Positions 12,101 through 16,280 of a DNA stretch of 20,000 nt are shown one piece after another. This DNA is from an uncultured virus (IMG/VR IMGVR_UViG_3300042892_001971) (taxonomy: Duplodnaviria; Heunggongvirae; Uroviricota; Caudoviricetes). Location: the IMG/VR virus record IMGVR_UViG_3300042892_001971. One strand, 5' to 3'. The first letter of the stretch is position 1. Each line of letters begins with the position of its first letter. A program made the position numbers and the translations under genes. The notes under the pieces were generated by a model. That model had not been told where the DNA came from. It did no database searches and was given only the letters and a program-made list of their open reading frames with translations.

Positions 12101-13141
12101 GGGCAAGTAAGCAGCCACATTGGCATTTGAATAGTTGCCTGCTGGCAAATTGGTAAGTTGACTGCCATCACCTAGGAAGTATGCTGCCCGAACATTGCCT
12201 GTGGTACTAACATTGCCAGCAGTGATATTGCCTGTGCTAACATTACCGCCTGTAATAATTCCAGCAGCACTGATCAATCCGCTGGTCAAAATGTTGCCAC
12301 CAGTTAGATTGCCTGTAGTTGTTACAGGTCCTGTCAAGTTGGGCAAGTTGCCTGTATATGTGGGCAAATAAGCAGCTACATTGGCATTTGAATAGGTGGC
12401 CGGCAATCCAGTTAGTTGACTACCATTACCAAAAATGTATGCACCAGTAATGTTGCCTACAGCAGAAATCAATCCTGAACTGTTGATACTGGCCGAAATA
12501 ATGTTACCTGTGGCAAGATTGCCACCTGTGATGTTACCTGTGGCAGTAATGCTGCCTGCGGTGCGTAAGTTACCGCCTGTGATGTTGCCTGCGGCAGTGA
12601 CCAATCCACTGGCGACAACATTGTTGCCAGTTAAGTTACCTGTAGTTGTTACAGGACCTGTTAAGTTGGGTAAGTTGCCTGTGTATGTAGGCAGGTAGTT
12701 GGCTACATTGGCATTTGAATAGTTAACGCCTGGAAGATTTGTAAGTTGACTGCCATCACCAATGAAGTATGCGCCGGTTACGTTACCTGTGGCACTCACT
12801 ATGCCAGCGGCGAGTGTGCCTGCTGTGACGAAATTTGTGGCAGTAACATTGGCTCTAACATTCAGTGGTGAATTGACATTGCCAGCGACGCTGAGGTTAC
12901 CAGTGGCATTTAGATTTGCGCCAGTGATGTTGCCTAGTACTGTGATGCCATTAGCAGCAAAAGTGTTAGCTGACAGAGTGGTAAACGCACCCGAAGCAGG
13001 TGTGATGTTGCCAATGGGAATATTGTTGATCGCACCAGACGCAGACAGTTGCCAGCCTTGGCCGTTCCACACCCAAGTTTTTCCGCCAAAACTATAAGTT
13101 TGGTTCAGTGTTGGGTTGGTTGGAAAATTTAATGTTGCCAT
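6134..13141 (-). CDS. Giant repeat-rich fibre/virion surface protein, 2335 aa
   Basis: ORF track. N-terminal NFPTNPTLNQTYSFGGKTWVWNGQGW motif, nine YSNANVAxYLPTYTGNL units, 13 YxxG[ND]GxxLT motifs, a tail-fibre-like DAATKLYVD...GTRILVQNE...NGVY...RATDAD domain, and a non-repetitive C-terminal region of about 500 aa. Confidence 0.9.
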   Translation of the reverse strand: MATLNFPTNPTLNQTYSFGGKTWVWNGQGWQLSASGAINNIPIGNITPASGAFTTLSANTFAANGITVLGNITGANLNATGNLSVAGNVNSPLNVRANVTATNFVTAGTLAAGIVSATGNVTGAYFIGDGSQLTNLPGVNYSNANVANYLPTYTGNLPNLTGPVTTTGNLTGNNVVASGLVTAAGNITGGNLRTAGSITATGNITGGNLATGNIISASINSSGLISAVGNITGAYIFGNGSQLTGLPATYSNANVAAYLPTYTGNLPNLTGPVTTTGNLTGGNILTSGLISAAGIITGGNVSTGNITAGNVSTTGNVRAAYFLGDGSQLTNLPAGNYSNANVAAYLPTYTGNLANLTGPVTTTSNITGGNLQTGGSLTVSGNITTGNIATGNVTGGNASIAGTISATGNVIGAYILGDGSQLTNLPAGNYSNANVANYLPTYTGNLASLTGPVTTTSNITGGNLQTGGSLTVSGNVVGGNVSTGNVIAANVSTVGNVQAAYFLGDGSQLTNLPAGNYSNANVAAYLPTYTGNLASLTGPVTTTANITGSNLQTGGLISAAGNITGGNIATGNILAGNVSTAGNVSGTYILGDGSQLTNLPAGNYSNANVANYLPTYTGNLTSLTGPVTTTSNITGGNVSTAGSITATGNITGGNVSTGNILAGNVSTAGNVSGTYILGDGSQLTNLPAGDYSNANVAAYLPTYTGNLVSLTGPVTTTANITGGNLRTAGSITATGNIAGGNIATGNLVAANVESLGIVSAVGNVTGTYFIGNGAFLTGIASGNNNYSNANVAAYLPTYTGNLVSLTGPVTTTSNITGGNISTTGNVRGTYILGDGSQLTNLPAGNYSNANVAAYLPTYTGNLVSLTGPVTTTADITGGSILTTGLMSATGTITSAANITGGNLRTGGLISATGTITGSSLLGSVISASANITGGNILTAGNISANNIRATNQLKIGLANLYPSNFDPAVLTVQADAVEFSGQINATGDISGNNISGVGNVTGSNIYTNGIVSATGNMYAANFIGNVTGNITVPGTTTQILFNDGGLAGANAGLTFNKTTQVLSVTGNIQSGNLRTAGLISATGNIAGQYFVGNGSLLTGIIATAGAAITNGSSNVTVAANGNVTVTVAGNYNVTTFATTGVYTTGLVSATGNISGNYILGNGALLTGVITSVANINNGTSNVTVVSSGGNVSVGVGGTGNVAVFATTGEYITGELSATGNVTGNYFFGNGSQLTGVAASSVNANALIGNTLSSNVLYSSLTTVGNLANLSVVGNTTSGNLLTGGLISATGNIDVGNINTVGLASVTGNITGGNLLTGGLISATGNIDVGNINTVGLASVTGNITGGNLLTGGLISATANVVGGNITTTGLITASGNISGNNIFATTLVSVTGNVIAANVNTSAIRPVSGELTITTPTGNLNLQPAGNIVLANTIINSLAYPLQDTDAATKLYVDNMVSTGIAYHSPVLAATTTDLATATGGTITYAQPNGLANGVGATLTTTGSFNLIDTANVQTAGTRILVQNEGNTVFNGVYTWANATVIVRATDADQYGPDSSEQLSVNDYFFVQNGTVNKGAAFVVSAPAGTITFGTSGITFSQFSSSQTYTANTNAGISLIGTQFNTKVDNDTTAFDAGGNIIVKASANLTTPNIGAATGTSLSLTGNAISGNVLTGGLISATGNITGGNLSISGNISGANVISGTTISATANVIGGNITTVGEVSATANVIGGNLTTGGLISATSTITSAANITGGNILTAGIVSATGNITGDYILGNGLQLTGILGNNVNMGTNTAGALVSNAVTLTTATTVTNGLALLNQVLGKLVPPSPPNFPGANTLSLSGITTYRMANITQVDNTPGANRSVAAGTSVANVLRVATYATNTIANVGPGDSGTITAVRNGSNVGNVTLNTNASPSANGTYGSNLVISNNFDYNSANANITAGFWYVFSSRVSGASAPAGWNELYIADSSTGNTNTTVWYYDNSSPSAPSFSSTTMTPPGSANLLYSSTIPHYTNNNNFTIAFNVANISGNTYPTSNTLASGSSGGAFAAPTAITYSGSNIGSNVLNSFASASANTTSSVTTGFGGSSTGPSMTVNNSYSTGTLTLTAALGNTVLWKSGTATAIEESNVVINTTIGTGSGNAYRIVNPGTGNTPAYTGSEAAFNSQSSTLQTYDATVVGSGSSGVLKHDQTNYASGYLPAGPNLSAGRSGTQYFTMKFVRTAVSKFDIKYTGTIAGMWVALPGSVIDSSSGANGWINMAVAYGGAGYPGVNSPGNGSDGCAVGGIVSVNTSVTNSSRTCTFGTVSSSSTATNEIYVRIALTSGQSVTALTLETASN
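9081..9300. repeat. Exact 102-bp (34-codon) tandem duplication, about 2.2 copies
   Basis: 9081-9182 is identical to 9183-9284 by eye, and the first 16 nt recur at 9285-9300. Confidence 0.9.
10520..12770 (-). repeat. Nine-copy protein repeat array (G[DN]GSQLTNLPAGNYSNANVA[AN]YLPTYTGNLxxLTGPVTTT) with variable spacers
   Basis: The NANV-coding core occurs near 10591, 10771, 11058, 11320, 11580, 11841, 12120, 12381 and 12708. The peptide is nearly invariant while synonymous codons vary. Confidence 0.9.
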
Positions 13142-13160
13142 TTTTTAATGTCTATTCTAG

Positions 13161-13167
13161 TACTTAT
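13161..13167 (-). promoter_or_regulatory. Putative late promoter motif ATAAGTA
   Basis: Minus strand reads AAATAAGTACTAGAATAGACATTAAAAAATG. The motif is 19 nt upstream of the ATG of the 2335-aa gene. Confidence 0.6.
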
Positions 13168-13208
13168 TTGATTTTCAAACCGCGGATGCAATGGATGAGA
13201 AATGCATG

Positions 13209-14687
13209 TCATGTGCCTCTGATCCATACTGCCTGGAAATAATTTGCTTGGGTTATACCCGATCTCCAAGTGCCTGAATAAATTGTATTATTTGAAACAA
13301 TGTTTAGGTAGTCAGTAGATCCGTTTAAGTAAACCAATGTGTTGATTGATGAGCCAGAAACTGTCCCCCATGTAGGTGTTATTACCGTTGATCCCCCGAA
13401 TGCAATTGGTGAACCAGTTTTATATAATGCAACATAAAAACCAGCATTAGCCGTTCCGGTTACAAGTTCGGGTAAAAACCAAACATTGACTTGGTAGTAT
13501 CCGGCAACCAGTGGAGTGAACCTTCCAGTCACTGTGTTATAATAAGAGCTTGTATTAACAGTTGCAGTACCATAAATCAAATTAGTAGTGGCTCCGGTTA
13601 AACTTTGATTAGCCGAATTGTAAGCCATGAACACTGGTCCAGACATGCCAGTTAGTTGTGAACCATTGCCATAATAGTATCCAGCATACACACTATTAAA
13701 TTTGTTAGAGGCAGATCCAATGTCACGAATTTGTGTAGCATCTGGCATGATACTACTGTTGGTTTGTACGTTGCCTACACCATTACCTGCCAATACCAAA
13801 CTCTGATTTAGAGTAGTAGTAGAAATCTTGTTGTCTTTGAGTGATATGGTTGTGCCCGGAAGGCTATTGCTGCCTTGTGGAAAAGGTGCGCCATTGGCAT
13901 AAAAATAGTTGTTGGTGTAAACTGCATTTGCATTCACATTACCAGTCACACTCAAGTTACTAAAGCTGAGTGGGCTGCTGGTTGTAAGTACTGTGTTGCC
14001 GTTGACTTTTAGGTTGGCACCATCTGCTGTGATCGGCAAACTGTTCAAATAGATTGTGCTGTTACTAACCCAAAGATCTTTCCATTGATATCCACTACTG
14101 CCTAAACTATAACTGTTATTGGTGCTAGGAATAATGTCTGACGACACATTGGTTAAGTCAACGTTGCCATTACCTGTTCCGCCAGAACTGAAACTTTGAT
14201 AGGCTTCTAGTTCGGCCCATTGGTTGCTGGTGTTGTCGTTAAAGTAAAGATACTGTATGCCAGTATCACTTTGAATCCAAATATCACCAATGTTGGCTGT
14301 TAGTGGTGGTGTGGCTGCAAATGTCACAGACGTTGCACTGCCGCTGCCATTGCTGATGCCAGTTAAGAATGCACCGTTACCGTAAAGGTATCTACCGTAA
14401 ACACTGTCAAATCTTGCATTTGCAGTTCCTAGGCTGTATACAGAATCAATGCTGGGAACAACAGAACTGCCAACTGTGATAGTACCGACGCCGTTACCAG
14501 CCAGTACCAATGCTAGATTTTGTACTGTAGTAGATATGCGATTGTTGCTGATTACAACCTGTGAATCTACAGGTCCGGCCGTCCAGATGTTGGCAAAGTT
14601 ATTGTTAACTGCATCAAACGCATTGCGCAGGCTTTCGCCCGTGCCATCGTTTGCCACCGCGCCGGTGTTGATTACTTGTTGTGTCAT
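13209..14687 (-). CDS. Fibre/adhesin-like virion protein, 492 aa: T4 gp9/gp10-like N-terminal anchor and C-terminal C1q-like domain
   Basis: The N-terminus QQVINTGAVANDGTGESLRNAFDAVNNNF matches the gp9/gp10-type INxG..NDGTGDxLR.AF..IN.NF motif. The C-terminus PVFMAY...YNTVTGRFTPLVAGYYQVN...VYLNGSTDYL has the C1q/TNF-like pattern. Confidence 0.8.
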   Translation of the reverse strand: MTQQVINTGAVANDGTGESLRNAFDAVNNNFANIWTAGPVDSQVVISNNRISTTVQNLALVLAGNGVGTITVGSSVVPSIDSVYSLGTANARFDSVYGRYLYGNGAFLTGISNGSGSATSVTFAATPPLTANIGDIWIQSDTGIQYLYFNDNTSNQWAELEAYQSFSSGGTGNGNVDLTNVSSDIIPSTNNSYSLGSSGYQWKDLWVSNSTIYLNSLPITADGANLKVNGNTVLTTSSPLSFSNLSVTGNVNANAVYTNNYFYANGAPFPQGSNSLPGTTISLKDNKISTTTLNQSLVLAGNGVGNVQTNSSIMPDATQIRDIGSASNKFNSVYAGYYYGNGSQLTGMSGPVFMAYNSANQSLTGATTNLIYGTATVNTSSYYNTVTGRFTPLVAGYYQVNVWFLPELVTGTANAGFYVALYKTGSPIAFGGSTVITPTWGTVSGSSINTLVYLNGSTDYLNIVSNNTIYSGTWRSGITQANYFQAVWIRGT

Positions 14688-14708
14688 GCTGAATCTGGCC
14701 CTATTGTA

Positions 14709-14714
14709 TATTTA
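14709..14714 (-). promoter_or_regulatory. Putative late promoter motif TAAATA
   Basis: Minus strand GGTAAATATACAATAGGG lies in the 55-bp intergenic gap, 21 nt before ATG 14687. Confidence 0.55.
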
Positions 14715-14742
14715 CCAGAGCTTGTACTATGCTGAATTTGGG

Positions 14743-15315
14743 TCAAACGCCAAATTGACTTTGGAAATCTCCAATGTTTAGGCGTGAGTATCGTGGGTGT
14801 TTGTTGAATTCTGGTATGTCTGCTGTGACTGCTCCATGCACTCGAATGAAGTTTGTGTGTGGATAATCGTGCATGACTTTGAGCAATTGCCGTTCCCAAT
14901 TGCCAGTGTAAGTTGGGTTTGCTCCACTGCGTTTGTAGAATTCAGAGTCTGCATATACATTGTTGAATCGATCATTTATGCCAGCCATATCAAATCCCAA
15001 CAGATAGATATTCAAGTGTTGATCTGCCGCTGCAATTGCCGCTGCCAGGGGTCCAGAACTGTAGCCCCAATATTGGTCAGGTACACGATGTGCGCCCAGT
15101 CCATCCAATGGTTTTCTAGTGTAGAATTTGTTTTTTAATGGATAGCCTGAGTGCTGTATTTGTTCGCTAATTGGACGATCGGTAGCAATTAGTACATCTG
15201 GAACAAAATCTCTGTACAAGGCATTGCAGCCATAGATTGTGCCGTGGGTGCGCAAGTGTTCCAAATTAACACCTTTGCGACTGATGCCATTACCCAATAC
15301 AAATGCTACGGCCAT
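14743..15315 (-). CDS. Maf/DUF115 (MptE-like, sialyltransferase-like fold) putative glycosyltransferase, 190 aa
   Basis: Motifs AFVLGNGISR, IYGCNALYRDFVPDVLIATD, SSG, and IYLLGFD follow the order and pattern of the DUF115/MAF_flag10 and CstII-like core. The SD is GGAGG. Confidence 0.6.
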   Translation of the reverse strand: MAVAFVLGNGISRKGVNLEHLRTHGTIYGCNALYRDFVPDVLIATDRPISEQIQHSGYPLKNKFYTRKPLDGLGAHRVPDQYWGYSSGPLAAAIAAADQHLNIYLLGFDMAGINDRFNNVYADSEFYKRSGANPTYTGNWERQLLKVMHDYPHTNFIRVHGAVTADIPEFNKHPRYSRLNIGDFQSQFGV

Positions 15316-15348
15316 AAAAAATCCTCCCAGTATATATCTGAGAGGATT
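15316..15348 (-). terminator. Intrinsic terminator-like hairpin overlapping the RBS of the next gene
   Basis: Minus strand AATCCTCTCAG-ATATATA-CTGGGAGGATT-TTTT-ATG: an 11-bp stem with one G-U pair and a run of six U, 15 nt after the stop of 15364..16143. Confidence 0.75.
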
Positions 15349-15363
15349 GTGAGTTACTACAAA

Positions 15364-16143
15364 TTAGCTTGTAGCGTTTTGTATCAGGGTAAGGTTCAAC
15401 AAATTCTGTTGTCCGCTTTGTGCAGAACCAGTGTTTGCTGCGCCAGTGGTACCTGACTTTATCATTGTGCCTTCGTCTGTGAAGAAGTTGGCCAGGCCAC
15501 GAACGTCTGCAACAACAGAAGTAGCGGCATAGTTTGATCCACCTTCCCAACCTAGCATGAAACGATTGGTCAGTTTAGAAACATACACTTCAGAACTAGC
15601 GTCATTGATATAAGCAATACTCATGTTACCACTTGTGGGTGATGCAGCATCGCTAAGAACACAAACACCAACCAAGTTTACTGCACCAGTACCTGTGTCG
15701 CCTAACGCAACAGTACAAGTGAAGATTGTGCCCACAGCATAGTTGGCAGGAGCACCGTATGATGTCCAAGCTGTGTTACCCACTGTGATAATGCGATAGG
15801 CATTTCCCACAACAAGAGCAGTACGGCTGGTAGAGTCACCAACCAGATATTTGTGACTGCCTTTTTGGCGGATAATGTAACCAGCTGCTGAACCAGCGCC
15901 TGATCCAGAAGCCAATGTGATGTTTACTTCCACCAGTGTGCGAGGATTAGTGGCTGAAGTGGCAGCAGAACTTGCACCACCAACCACACCCACATATTGT
16001 TCGTTGTTCAAAGTTTGAACAGGTGAGTTAAACACTGGATCAGTTAATGATCCGAAGTTTGGATAACCGATGTCGACGTTAACGGCTGCGCCGCCATTGC
16101 CTGAACCAGTAGAACGTTTTTGAATTTTTAGAGGACGACCCAT
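15364..16143 (-). CDS. Hypothetical protein, probably a virion structural (head-associated) protein, 259 aa
   Basis: ORF track. Strong SD TAAGGAG 7 nt upstream, its own late-type promoter and terminator, a G/S/T/A/V-rich beta-type composition, and a position just downstream of the capsid gene. Confidence 0.8.
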   Translation of the reverse strand: MGRPLKIQKRSTGSGNGGAAVNVDIGYPNFGSLTDPVFNSPVQTLNNEQYVGVVGGASSAATSATNPRTLVEVNITLASGSGAGSAAGYIIRQKGSHKYLVGDSTSRTALVVGNAYRIITVGNTAWTSYGAPANYAVGTIFTCTVALGDTGTGAVNLVGVCVLSDAASPTSGNMSIAYINDASSEVYVSKLTNRFMLGWEGGSNYAATSVVADVRGLANFFTDEGTMIKSGTTGAANTGSAQSGQQNLLNLTLIQNATS

Positions 16144-16230
16144 TTGATTTCTCCTTATAGAAGCCCGATGCGGGTTCTAGCCGCTACGCGGTGGGATTAA
16201 TACCGCATAAAACGCCAAATTGCGTTGACA
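16144..16230 (-). ncRNA. Candidate structured cis-regulatory 5' leader RNA (three hairpins, possible pseudoknot)
   Basis: P1 AACGC/GCGTT (16226-16211), P2 TATGCGGT/ACCGCGTA (16209-16185), P3 GCGG-CTAGAAC-CCGC (16184-16170). The P3 loop TAGAA is complementary to TTCTA (16162-16158) next to the SD. Confidence 0.5.
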
Positions 16231-16253
16231 AGTATTTAGCGAAAATGTAAAAT
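16225..16253 (+). promoter_or_regulatory. Near-consensus sigma70 promoter for the TPR-glycosyltransferase gene
   Basis: TTGACA (16225-16230), a 17-bp spacer and TAAAAT (16248-16253), 27 nt upstream of ATG 16281. Confidence 0.7.
16233..16238 (-). promoter_or_regulatory. Putative late promoter motif TAAATA driving the structured leader and the 259-aa gene
   Basis: Minus strand GCTAAATACTTGTC lies immediately before hairpin P1. Confidence 0.6.
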
Positions 16254-16269
16254 GGACCAAGTTGCACCT

Positions 16270-16275
16270 TAAATA
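16270..16275 (+). promoter_or_regulatory. Putative late promoter motif TAAATA just before the start codon
   Basis: The sequence reads CTTAAATATAGCCATG, with only 5 nt between motif and ATG and no SD. Confidence 0.4.
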
Positions 16276-16280
16276 TAGCC

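Noticed and set aside
9081..12770. Diversity-generating retroelement TR/VR pair or invertible shufflon among the fibre repeats
   Set aside because: No adenine-specific mismatch pattern was seen, differences are mostly synonymous, and there is no reverse transcriptase or recombinase gene in the window.
718..13097. Many + strand ORFs rich in P/V/L/T (for example 953..1834, 1835..2332, 7842..8351, 8778..9449)
   Set aside because: These are antisense shadows of the minus-strand G/N/T/I repeat genes: the reverse complements of GGT/AAC/ACT-type codons give few stops. They show no evident RBS and mirror the fibre repeats exactly.
16168..16216. preQ1-I riboswitch resemblance on the + strand (GCGGGTTCTAG...CCGCATAAAA)
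   Set aside because: The loop is too long, the 3' tail lacks the CUA needed for the pseudoknot, the element lies upstream of the + strand promoter, and no que gene follows. The minus-strand leader fits better.
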